Source of the DNA: Candidatus Hydrogenedentota bacterium
GTDB lineage: Bacteria; Hydrogenedentota; Hydrogenedentia; Hydrogenedentales; CAITNO01
NCBI GenBank assembly: GCA_903822375.1
Contig: CAIJOU010000830.1
Location: 1 to 60,753, forward strand
Length of the DNA stretch: 60,753 nt
Direction: 5' to 3'
Shown: piece after piece, positions 51,801 to 60,379 of the stretch
How the letters are laid out: every line of letters starts with the position of its first letter
Numbering within the stretch: position 1 is the stretch's first letter
The notes under the pieces: generated by a model
Databases searched by the model: none
What the model was told of the DNA's origin: nothing
Seen by the model: the letters and a program-made list of their open reading frames with translations, nothing else
Made by a program: the position numbers and the translations under genes

Positions 51801-53183
51801 TCACAACTCGTACTCCGCGGCGATGAACTTGGTCTTGTCCACCTCGTCCATGCAGGCGGCGATAAACGCGTCCTCGTCGTCGGGCATGTCGAGCAAATCC
51901 GCCTCGATCATGGCGAGATAGGGCACTTCGCGGTCGGGGATGCGGAGAAGACCCGCCTCATAGGCCCCGCCCAGCGAACGCACGGCGGCCAGGGCCACAT
52001 TGCGTCCGGCGAGATAGTCGGACGGCGCGGCGACAATCTCCGCCGCAAAAGCAACCGCGTTCTGGGGCGTGAGCACCCACGCCTGCGGGTCGAGCGCGGC
52101 GTCCGATTCCACCAGCCAGCGCTGAAGCGTGGCCGCGCCGGCGGGCCCGTCGGCGGAGGCGCGGTTGAACAGGCGGCAGTCGTACTCCAGGCTTTCGAGG
52201 TAGCAGGTCGGGGCCATGTCGGCAAGCAGGCGCAGGTGCTGCACCGACTCGTTGCTCCACAGGTCGCAGGTGGAACCGGCGATGTTGCCGACCGGGCTGA
52301 GATGGGCGCAGGTGGCCGACTTGCCCTCCATGGCCATGGGGCTGCCGGTGATGGCCTTCAGGATGGGGTTCTCGTAGCCGCAGTCCTTGCCGGGGCCGAC
52401 GGCCCCGCACTCGTAGGCGGCCAGCGAGCGCACCGCCGTCACGGCGCGCACCACGGCGGCAAAGGTGCGCGGGATCATGCCCTGCTCGGCCAGCACCATG
52501 GCCGTGTTGCCGAAGCCGCAGGCCGTGTCGCCGGCGGCGTGCACGCCGTTGCGCCCGGCGATCTCGGCGATGCGCGTCCACAGGAAGCGCATGTCGCGCG
52601 CGCCCATGATGCACAGCGCAAAGATGACGTGGCGGATGTTGCACATGGTGAGCGCGTCGTCGTGAACCTCCTTGCCGCCGACGGACTCGATGCTGAGCAG
52701 GTCCGCGCCTAGCGCCGCACAGCGCTCGAAGGATTCGATCATGTTTCCCCAGTAGGGCCCGGACCGCATGACGGGCGGACGCACCATCTCGCGGTTGTCA
52801 TTAGGCGTCATGCGCAACGCCGCGACAAGGCCGTGCTTCGCGTGCGCATCCTCAATGCCGTCGAGCAGAACCTTGCAGAGTTCCTCCGCCCAGAGCGGGT
52901 TGTGCGTCATGGGCGGCAGCGTTTCACATTCCAGCACCACGCCCGGCGCGCCCAGTTCGGACGCGCGCTTGAGCGCGCCCTTGACGATCTGCTCATAGTG
53001 GCGGCGCACCTGCGGCCACGTATTCTCCGAAAGTTCCATCGTCGGCAGTGTGAAGTTCAGTTCGGGGTAGACCTTTCCCCCGCCGATAACGAGGCCTTTG
53101 CGCGTGGTGACCGGTTTGGGCGCGTGGCCAAACACAAGGTCCGCGGGGTTGGCGATGGCAAGCTGGCTGTAACGGGTGGTCAT
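51801..53183 (-). CDS. mtaB: MtaB-family methanol:corrinoid methyltransferase homolog
   Basis: GPGKDCGYENPILKAITGSPMAMEGKSATCAHLSPVGN...CDLWSNESV closely parallels the Methanosarcina MtaB core as I recall it. 460 aa after trimming the start from 53588 to MTTRYSQ (AAGGA RBS). Confidence 0.8.
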   Translation of the reverse strand: MTTRYSQLAIANPADLVFGHAPKPVTTRKGLVIGGGKVYPELNFTLPTMELSENTWPQVRRHYEQIVKGALKRASELGAPGVVLECETLPPMTHNPLWAEELCKVLLDGIEDAHAKHGLVAALRMTPNDNREMVRPPVMRSGPYWGNMIESFERCAALGADLLSIESVGGKEVHDDALTMCNIRHVIFALCIMGARDMRFLWTRIAEIAGRNGVHAAGDTACGFGNTAMVLAEQGMIPRTFAAVVRAVTAVRSLAAYECGAVGPGKDCGYENPILKAITGSPMAMEGKSATCAHLSPVGNIAGSTCDLWSNESVQHLRLLADMAPTCYLESLEYDCRLFNRASADGPAGAATLQRWLVESDAALDPQAWVLTPQNAVAFAAEIVAAPSDYLAGRNVALAAVRSLGGAYEAGLLRIPDREVPYLAMIEADLLDMPDDEDAFIAACMDEVDKTKFIAAEYEL

Positions 53184-53306
53184 GGCTAAATCCTTTCTTT
53201 GGCGCAAGGTCCATGTTTCACGCGCCTCGTATAGAAAAGGTACGCCAACTGGAAGAATAATTCCTGCACTCAGGCGGCAGATAATTGTAAATTTGTGCTC
53301 GGGTTC

Positions 53307-53446
53307 ATGGGGCAATGAGAAGTGCGGGAACAATGGGAGATATGGGGAATGTGCAATTGAAACCCCGCTTTGGGCGGACAAATGCAGACAGGCCCATCGT
53401 ATGCCCCGTTCCAGCATTCCCTTCCCATAACTCCCATTCTTCCCAT
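53307..53446. promoter_or_regulatory. Inverted arrays of phased ATGGGR / TCCCAT hexamers upstream of mtaB
   Basis: Plus strand: ATGGGG at 53307, ATGAGA at 53315, ATGGGA at 53333 and ATGGGG at 53342. The reverse complement TCCCAT occurs at 53423, 53432 and 53441 (9-bp phasing). The arrays lie 125-265 nt upstream of the mtaB ATG and just downstream of the AraC gene. Confidence 0.25.
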
Positions 53447-53490
53447 TCCTCGCATACGTCGCATCCGCCCAAAGCGGAACCCGTGCCTTA

Positions 53491-54684
53491 CTACGCCCGC
53501 CTTGCAGCCCGATACCGCGCGGGCGTCTGACCAGCATAACGACGAAACACTTTCTGGAAATAGCTCTGGTCGCTGAACCCGCAATCAAGCGCGACCAGGC
53601 ACAGTTCCCGGTCCGAGCGCGCGAGCAGTTCGCAGGCCCGGTTGACGCGCATCTGGTTCAGCAGGTCGGCAAAGCCCCGCCCCGCGTGACGCTTGAAAAT
53701 GCGGGAGAAGTGGGACGGTGAAACGCCCGCGGCGCGGGCCGCGTCGTCGCGGGTGATCATCTCGCCGCAATGTTCCCGCATGAAGCGCAGCGCGCAGGCG
53801 CACTGCGCGGACTGGTCGGGCGCGGCGCGCGAGGCGAGGTTGTCCATGACGCGCTGGAGCAGATCGATAAGCCACGCCAGCAGTTCCTCCTCTGAGTCGA
53901 GCCGCGACAGCGCGGCCATCTGCTCATAGTTCGCGCCGAGCAGCGCCGCCGGACTGCCGCCCGCCTCGGCGGCGGCGCGCGACAGTGTCACGGCCAGTTC
54001 CATGCAGTAGCTCTTGATGACGTCGAACCTGCGGCCGGCGCTGAAATGGATGGCCACCAGCACGCGGTTGAGCGCGGCGCGCGCCTCGGGGGCGTCTCCC
54101 CGGCGCACGGCGTCGATCAGCGCGGGTTCCTCGCGCAGCCACGCCTCGCGCATGTCGTCGGCGCCGCGCGCCTTCCATGCGTGGATGGCTTCGGCGCGAA
54201 GCTGTTCCTGACCGTGCCGGGCGCGGTGCGCGGCGAGCAGGGCCGCGTTGAGCGCGTTAAACTCTTCGGCCAGCACCAGCAGGTCGGCGCAGGCGCCGCG
54301 CACGTCGAGCGGCGGGGTGGCGGGATCGGTCGGAAACACGCGCGACTCTTCCGCCTCGGAGACCAGCCCGCCGAGCAGTTCCTGGTTGCGCATGACGGGC
54401 ACGGCCCAAAGAATCCGGCGACGGGGACAGAACTCCACCGCCGGCTCCCCCCAGCGCAGGGACTCGGACACGGCCAGACTGCGTGCGGCACGGCAACTGT
54501 CGCAGTCATTCTTGCTGCAGGGCGGTCGTCCGGCGAGCAGCGCGCCGGCGGGAGCAACCGCGTACAGGGGCAACCCCCAGCGTTCGCGGTAGCGCGCAGC
54601 CATCCTGCGAAACACTGCAGGGTCAAGTACCACCGCAGCGAGGGGAGCTTGCTTCCCCGGGTTGTTACCATTGTCTTTGGGCAT
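53491..54684 (-). CDS. AraC-family transcriptional regulator with an N-terminal sensor domain
   Basis: C-terminal double HTH (ITRDDAARAAGVSPSHFSRIFKRH...CGFSDQSYFQKVFRRYAGQTPARYR). The N-terminal Cys-containing domain is possibly PocR-like (uncertain). Confidence 0.85.
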   Translation of the reverse strand: MPKDNGNNPGKQAPLAAVVLDPAVFRRMAARYRERWGLPLYAVAPAGALLAGRPPCSKNDCDSCRAARSLAVSESLRWGEPAVEFCPRRRILWAVPVMRNQELLGGLVSEAEESRVFPTDPATPPLDVRGACADLLVLAEEFNALNAALLAAHRARHGQEQLRAEAIHAWKARGADDMREAWLREEPALIDAVRRGDAPEARAALNRVLVAIHFSAGRRFDVIKSYCMELAVTLSRAAAEAGGSPAALLGANYEQMAALSRLDSEEELLAWLIDLLQRVMDNLASRAAPDQSAQCACALRFMREHCGEMITRDDAARAAGVSPSHFSRIFKRHAGRGFADLLNQMRVNRACELLARSDRELCLVALDCGFSDQSYFQKVFRRYAGQTPARYRAARRA

Positions 54685-54741
54685 GGTGGGAAAAGAATAG
54701 CAGAAGTGAGTGTTTGTAAGATTCAGGGAAACACATCACAC

Positions 54742-55075
54742 AGCGGACGGGTTAACTCCCGCGAGGAGAGCGCCCCGCTTCCCCGCCCCCGAAAGGGTCA
54801 CACCTGAATGGCGGACGGGTTAATTCCCACGAGGAGGGCGCCTCCCTTCTTGGCCCCGAAGGAGTCATACCTGATTGGCGGACGGGTTAATTCCCGCGAG
54901 GGTGGTACCTCCCTTCTTGGCCCCGAAGGGGTCACACCAGAATGGCGGACGGGTTCATTCCCGCGAGGGTGATGCCTCCTTCTTGGCCCCGAAAGGGTCA
55001 CGCCTGAATGGCGGACGGGTTAATTACCGCGAGGAGGGTGCCTCCTTCTTGGCCCCGAAGGGGTCACACCTGAAT
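54742..55075. repeat. Five tandem copies of a 66-68-bp non-coding repeat
   Basis: Units start at 54742, 54810, 54877, 54944 and 55010. Consensus GGCGGACGGGTTAATTCCCGCGAGG-NNNNNN-CCTCCCTTCTTGGCCCCGAAGGGGTCACACCTGAAT. The unit length is not a multiple of 3. Confidence 0.9.
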
Positions 55076-55230
55076 AGCCCCGGGTGACCGAAGGGAACCC
55101 GGGGTCAACGGCCCAAGATATCAACGTCCCCGAAAGGGGGCGAACTATTGGAAAGGACCTATCAACTTCCGGGAAGGGTTGGCTATAATCCATTGTTCCA
55201 ACAGGGTGTTCAGGAACAGGGAGACCTTCT

Positions 55231-56619
55231 ATGCATTTGACTGATGGAGTTTCGTTGCGGCGGTTTTGGGCCGCTTCGGCGGTCTGCGCGTCACTGCTGC
55301 TGACTGCGGGCTGTGCCACGATGGGCGGCGGCCAGGACGGCCCGGTAATCCGGGCCAAGGACAGGGTGGCCCCCGCACTGGTGCATATTCGGCCGGTGAA
55401 GGAAGTCTTTTCCGGGGGCAAGAAGACGGAGATGCTGGCGGTCGGCAGCGGCTTCATCATCAGCGCGGACGGCTACGTGGTGACCAACGAGCATGTGGCG
55501 GGCGAGAGCAGCTCGGTGCAGTGCGTGCTGAGCGACCACCGCGAGGTGGCCGCAAAGGTGGTGGGCGTGGACCCGGACACGGACATTGCCGTGCTCAAAC
55601 TGGACACCACGGACAAGCTTCCCTGGGTGAAGATGGGCCGGTCCGCAGACTTGCAGGCGGGCCAGACAGTGCTCGCGCTGGGCAGCCCGCACGGGCTGGC
55701 CCGGTCCGTTTCCAAGGGTATCGTGAGTGTGACCAACCGCTATCTGGGCGGGGACGGGCTCATGGAATCGCCCTACAACGACTGGATCCAGACGGACGCC
55801 GCCATCAATCCCGGCAACAGCGGCGGGCCGCTGGTGAACATCAAAGGCGAGGTCGTCGGCGTGAACGCGCGCATCTTGAACGGCGCGGAGAACGTGGGCT
55901 TTGCCATCCCCGTGGACACGGTGCGCGGCGTGGTGGAGGCGATCATCCGCGACGGCCGGGTGCACCGAAGCTGGATCGGCGTGACCTTCCAGGAAATGCT
56001 CGCCAAGACGGACGACCCGTCGCAGCATGGCGTGGTGATTTCCGATGTGGAACGGCTCTCGCCGGCGGCGGAGGCGGGGGTGAAGCCGGGCGACGTGCTC
56101 GTGGCGATCAACGGCCGCGAGATGAACGCGCGCTTTGAAGAGGATTTGCCGGCGGTGCGCAAGGCCGTGGCGGACCTGCCCGTGGGTTCCACGGCGGTCT
56201 TCGCGGTGCACCGCGGCGAGGAAAAGGTGGACATCCCGGTAAAGACGGAGGAGAAGACGGCGCAAAAGGGCAGCCAGGCCGAATTCGGCGAATGGGGCTT
56301 CACGGCGACAGAGGTCACACCGGAGATTGCACGGCGTGCGCAGCTTCCCGAACGGACGGGCATTCTCGTGTCCGGTGCGAGCCCGGGCGGGATTGCCGCA
56401 CGGGCCGGACTGCAGGAAGGCGACATTGTGCTCATGGTGGACGGGCAGAAGGCGACCGACCTGGACGCCTTCAAGGCCCTGTACAAGGAGCGCAAAGAGT
56501 CGCAGAAGAAACTGATCATGCTGTTCGTGCAGCGGGGCGCGCTGACGCGGTTTGTGCTGATAAACGCGACGGCGGAAGCGCCGCAGCCCGAAGAGGAGAA
56601 CGCCGGCCATGCGGAATAA
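55231..56619 (+). CDS. htrA: HtrA/DegP-family serine protease with two PDZ domains (lipoprotein signal)
   Basis: Lipobox LLLTAGC. Catalytic triad contexts VVTNEHVA, DTDIAVLKL and NPGNSGGPLVN. Two PDZ segments. Confidence 0.9.
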   Translation: MHLTDGVSLRRFWAASAVCASLLLTAGCATMGGGQDGPVIRAKDRVAPALVHIRPVKEVFSGGKKTEMLAVGSGFIISADGYVVTNEHVAGESSSVQCVLSDHREVAAKVVGVDPDTDIAVLKLDTTDKLPWVKMGRSADLQAGQTVLALGSPHGLARSVSKGIVSVTNRYLGGDGLMESPYNDWIQTDAAINPGNSGGPLVNIKGEVVGVNARILNGAENVGFAIPVDTVRGVVEAIIRDGRVHRSWIGVTFQEMLAKTDDPSQHGVVISDVERLSPAAEAGVKPGDVLVAINGREMNARFEEDLPAVRKAVADLPVGSTAVFAVHRGEEKVDIPVKTEEKTAQKGSQAEFGEWGFTATEVTPEIARRAQLPERTGILVSGASPGGIAARAGLQEGDIVLMVDGQKATDLDAFKALYKERKESQKKLIMLFVQRGALTRFVLINATAEAPQPEEENAGHAE

Positions 56620-57988
56620 GACCCTTCTGAACCTTCTCGCGGCGGCGGCCGCATTTGCCGCGGCGGCGCAGGACGACTTCTCCGTCCAGGCGCTGCAGGG
56701 CGACTATGACAGAATCATTCCGTCCATCTGCCAGGTGCTCTTCACGCAGGAGGTGACCGATCCCCGCACGGGCGAGACCGTGCGGCGCAACGGAAACTGC
56801 CTGGGTCTCATTGTGCGCGCCGACGGGCTGGTAATGGCGCAGGGCCATCTTTCCGTCGAAAACGCGACGCCGGTGGACCTGCGGGTGCGCGTGGGCCGCG
56901 GCGGCGCCGAGAAAGAATACCCGGCGGTGGCGCTGCACAAGCCGGGCGACATAAACGTGATGTTCGTGCAGGCGCAGTCCGACACGCCGCTGAACCTGCC
57001 GCACGTGACCTTCACGCCGCAGCCGCTGCGGCTGGGCGAACCGGTGGCCATTCTGGGGCTCACGGGCGAAACCCTCGATTTCGAGCCGGGGGTGTTCACG
57101 GACCGGATCGCGGCAATAATCACCCAGCCGCGCACAACCTACTGCCTGGCGAACAACCTGCGCTTCGGCTGCATCACGGGGCCCGTGGTGAACGCCCGCG
57201 GCGCGCTGGTCGGCGTGGCCGGCATCGACCTGAGCCGCGCCGAGGGCGGCGAACTGTACACGCGCAGCGGCCATCCTCTCGTATATCAGGCGGAGCTGTT
57301 CCAGAAGTACATCGACAAGCCGCCGGAGCGTGAAGACGCGCACAAGGCGGAGGACAACGCATGGCTGGGCGTGTTCACGCAGCCGCTCAAGGATGATTAC
57401 GCCGAATACTGGGGCATCGAGAAGACCGGCGGGCTGATCGTGAGCACGGTCGTGCCCGATTCGCCGGCGGCCAAGGCGGGCGTGCAGGCGGGCGACGTGA
57501 TCAAGTCCTTTGACGGCAAACCGCAAACGTTCACGCAGGACCGCGACGTGCTGGCGTTCACCAAACTGGTGCGCGACACGGGCACGGGCAAGACGGTCTC
57601 CATGGGCCTGCTGCGCGACGGAAAACCGCTCACGGTGCAGATTACGCTGGCGACGCTCCCGCGCAGCGCACAGGAGGCGGACGAATTCGAGGACACGGTG
57701 CTGGGCCTGTCGGTGCGGGAGATTACCCGCGACGTGCGGATCGCGCTGAACATCGCCGAGGACGTGCGCGGTGTCATCGTGCGCAAGGTCAAGTCGGGCG
57801 GCGTGGCGCAAATCGGCAAGATGCGCCCGGGCGTCATCATTCTGGCGCTCGGCGACTATCCGGTGGCAAGCATCGCCGATTTCCAGCAGGCAATGAAAAA
57901 GCTGCGCGAGGCGAAGCCCGCCGAACTGGCCGTCTTCGCGCGGGTGGGTCCGCAGACGGGATTCTTCCGGCTGAAACCAAAGTGGTAA
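56609..57988 (+). CDS. HtrA-like protein with two PDZ domains but no catalytic serine (predicted pseudoprotease)
   Basis: Trypsin-fold region keeps His (MAQGHL) and Asp (GDINVMFV) contexts. GNSGGP is replaced by GCITGP (57167-57184), so Ser becomes Ile. PDZ segments GLIVSTVVPDSPAAKAGVQAGDVI and GVIVRKVKSGGVAQIG. 11-nt overlap with htrA. Confidence 0.8.
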   Translation: MRNKTLLNLLAAAAAFAAAAQDDFSVQALQGDYDRIIPSICQVLFTQEVTDPRTGETVRRNGNCLGLIVRADGLVMAQGHLSVENATPVDLRVRVGRGGAEKEYPAVALHKPGDINVMFVQAQSDTPLNLPHVTFTPQPLRLGEPVAILGLTGETLDFEPGVFTDRIAAIITQPRTTYCLANNLRFGCITGPVVNARGALVGVAGIDLSRAEGGELYTRSGHPLVYQAELFQKYIDKPPEREDAHKAEDNAWLGVFTQPLKDDYAEYWGIEKTGGLIVSTVVPDSPAAKAGVQAGDVIKSFDGKPQTFTQDRDVLAFTKLVRDTGTGKTVSMGLLRDGKPLTVQITLATLPRSAQEADEFEDTVLGLSVREITRDVRIALNIAEDVRGVIVRKVKSGGVAQIGKMRPGVIILALGDYPVASIADFQQAMKKLREAKPAELAVFARVGPQTGFFRLKPKW

Positions 57989-57995
57989 GACGGTC

Positions 57996-58595
57996 ATGAG
58001 CCGCCGACTGCAACAAACAGGAACGCTCCTTGCAGTTGCCGCCCTGCTGGCGGTGGTCCAGACGGGCTGCCGCCGGGAGGTAGGTCCGGAAGTGCTGCGT
58101 CAGGCCTGGAAGAACACCTCGGCGCGGCGGGTGGATGACGCCCTGCCGCTGGTGAAAGCGTATCTGTCAGAACATCCCGAAGATGCGGCCGCGCATTACG
58201 TGCTGGGCCAATGTTACCTGCACCGGCCCGATGTGAACACCACCCTGGCCAAGGGCGAGTTTGAAACGGCACTGCACTATTTCGAGAAGAACCGTGACCT
58301 CGGCATTTTCGCGCCGGAGATGACGGCAGCGCTCTTTCAGTCGGCACTGCAGCGGGACATGGCGCTGGCGCTGATGCGGGCCCTCTATGAGGGAGACGGC
58401 TTGGGCGTCCCGGGTCCGGTAATGTACCCGGTGCTGGACCAGGCACTGCAGCACGTTCGTGAAGGCCTCCGTTTCGACCCGACTTCGGGATTTCTGCGGG
58501 ACATGGAGCATTCGCTTGAGGAACTGCGCCAGGGGCGCCCCTCCCCTTCTCCGCTTCCGCTGCCCGCGCTAAAACCCGGGGAAATTACAATCTGA
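57996..58595 (+). CDS. Lipoprotein, helical/TPR-like (hypothetical)
   Basis: MSRRLQQTGTLLAVAALLAVVQTGC lipobox. Helical repeat-like sequence (AAAHYVLGQCYL...). Confidence 0.65.
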   Translation: MSRRLQQTGTLLAVAALLAVVQTGCRREVGPEVLRQAWKNTSARRVDDALPLVKAYLSEHPEDAAAHYVLGQCYLHRPDVNTTLAKGEFETALHYFEKNRDLGIFAPEMTAALFQSALQRDMALALMRALYEGDGLGVPGPVMYPVLDQALQHVREGLRFDPTSGFLRDMEHSLEELRQGRPSPSPLPLPALKPGEITI

Positions 58596-58717
58596 AGCAA
58601 AATATCGACCCGAACCGCCAAGGATGGAGGGGCTCCAAGCAAGGGTGAAATAAGCGTCTAGTTCCGAATGTTGACCTGTCTGTAAACAAATGTTGCAACG
58701 GCAGGAGTTGTGAGTGC

Positions 58718-60355
58718 ATGAACGCTGCGGAATTGTTTGTCAAGTGCTTGGAGCAGGAGGGGGTTAAGTATATTTTCGGCCTTCCGGGCGAGGAAAACGC
58801 CCATTTCATGATGGCTTTGGAAAAGTCCTCCATACAGTTCATCATGACCCGGCACGAACAGGCGGCCGCGTTCATGGCGGAGACCTACGGAAAACTGACA
58901 GGAGAATCGGGCGTGTGCCTGTCCACGCTGGGACCCGGCGCCACCAATCTGGTGACGGGCGTGGCCAGCGCCAACAGTGACCGCGCGCCGATGATCGTGA
59001 TTACCGGGCAGGCCGACTCCCAGCGCCAGCACAAGGAAAGCCACCAGCTCATCGACATCGTGTCGCTGTTCCGACCCATCACCAAGTGGGCCACCCCGAT
59101 CATCCATCCGGACAACATTCCGGAGGTCGTGCGCCGCGCGTTCAAAACGGCGGAGCGCGAGAAACCCGGCGCGTGCCATATAGAGATAGCCGACGACATT
59201 GCCGCGCTGCCGGCCACGCGGAATCCGATAAAGGTGAATTACCTGCGGCGCTCCGTCTCGGACGACAAGATCGTGAACATGGCCATGGCGACCATCCGCG
59301 CCGCGAAGAACCCGGTCATCCTGGCGGGCAACGGGGCCATCCGCACCCGGGCAAGCAAGCAGCTGCGTCTCTTCACCCAGATGACCGGCATTCCGGTCAT
59401 CAGCACCTACATGGGCAAGGGCTGCGTGTCGCGCCAGGCGGAGGAGTGCCTGTTCACCATCGGCCTCCAGCCGAGAACGCTCGCGAACGCCGTCTTCGAG
59501 ACGGCGGATGTGGTCATCACGATCGGCTACGACCTCGTGGAGTATCCGCCGCGCGCCTGGAACAAGTGGAACGACAAGAAGATCGTGCACGTTGACTTCC
59601 TGCCGGCGGTGGTGGACCACAACTACCAGTTGGAGGTGGAGGTGGTGGGCGACCTTGCCCACGCGCTGTGGATGATGAATGAGCGTTTCCGGGCGAACCC
59701 GCAGCGGTGGGAGTCTCCCTTCAACCGCGTGACCCGGAAAAAGATGCTCGACCTGCTGGCCGAGTTCAAAGACGACGACACGGAAGGCCTGGTGCGGCCG
59801 CAGAAGGCCATCTGGGACGTGCGCCAGGCGCTTGGGCCGGGCGACATTCTGCTGAGCGACGTGGGCACGCACAAAATGTGGGTGGCCCAGTTCTACCATT
59901 GCGACGAGCCCAATACCTGCCTGATCCCGAATGGATTCTGTTCCATGGGCGGTTCGCTTCCGGGCGCGATTGCCGCGAAACTGGTCTGTCCGGAGCGCCG
60001 CGTGATGGCGCTGTGCGGCGACGGCGGATTCCTGATGAATGTGCAGGAAATAGAGACCGCCGTGCGCTGCAAAACGAACATCGTTGTCATGGTGTGGGTG
60101 GACAACGCCTACAACCTGATTCAGTGGAAACAGACCAACGAATTCGGGCACCACACGAACCTGTCCTTCGGCAACCCCGATTTTGTGAAGCTGGCCGAGA
60201 GTTTCGGCTGCAAGGGAATTCTGGTGCAGCGGTCACGGGACCTTGCGGCCGCGATTGAGGAGGCTTTTGCCGCGGAGCGGCCGGCGATCATCGCCGTGCC
60301 GATAGACTACCGCGAAAATGACCGTTTGGCGGAGAAACTGCGCATCGTCGTGTGA
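58718..60355 (+). CDS. Acetolactate synthase-like TPP enzyme (catabolic AlsS-like)
   Basis: AELFVKCLEQEGVKYIFGLPGEEN, LSTLGPGATNLVTGVA and the GDGGFLMNVQEIETAVR TPP motif. Confidence 0.85.
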   Translation: MNAAELFVKCLEQEGVKYIFGLPGEENAHFMMALEKSSIQFIMTRHEQAAAFMAETYGKLTGESGVCLSTLGPGATNLVTGVASANSDRAPMIVITGQADSQRQHKESHQLIDIVSLFRPITKWATPIIHPDNIPEVVRRAFKTAEREKPGACHIEIADDIAALPATRNPIKVNYLRRSVSDDKIVNMAMATIRAAKNPVILAGNGAIRTRASKQLRLFTQMTGIPVISTYMGKGCVSRQAEECLFTIGLQPRTLANAVFETADVVITIGYDLVEYPPRAWNKWNDKKIVHVDFLPAVVDHNYQLEVEVVGDLAHALWMMNERFRANPQRWESPFNRVTRKKMLDLLAEFKDDDTEGLVRPQKAIWDVRQALGPGDILLSDVGTHKMWVAQFYHCDEPNTCLIPNGFCSMGGSLPGAIAAKLVCPERRVMALCGDGGFLMNVQEIETAVRCKTNIVVMVWVDNAYNLIQWKQTNEFGHHTNLSFGNPDFVKLAESFGCKGILVQRSRDLAAAIEEAFAAERPAIIAVPIDYRENDRLAEKLRIVV

Positions 60356-60379
60356 CCAAACGCGCGGGAGAAGAATCTG

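Noticed and set aside
54742-55075. Possible CRISPR array
   Set aside because: The whole 66-68-bp unit repeats. There are no unique spacers, because the 'spacer' portions are >85% identical to each other. There are no cas genes in the window.
54798-55087. ORFs 54798-55001 (minus) and 54875-55087 (plus) with internally repetitive peptides
   Set aside because: They are generated by the tandem repeat. The unit length is not a multiple of 3, so the reading frame rotates between units. There is no RBS.
55291-60154. Long minus-strand ORFs (55291-56610, 55773-56654, 56516-57997, 58658-60154)
   Set aside because: They are antisense to htrA, the HtrA paralog and the acetolactate-synthase-like gene, all of which carry diagnostic motifs on the plus strand.
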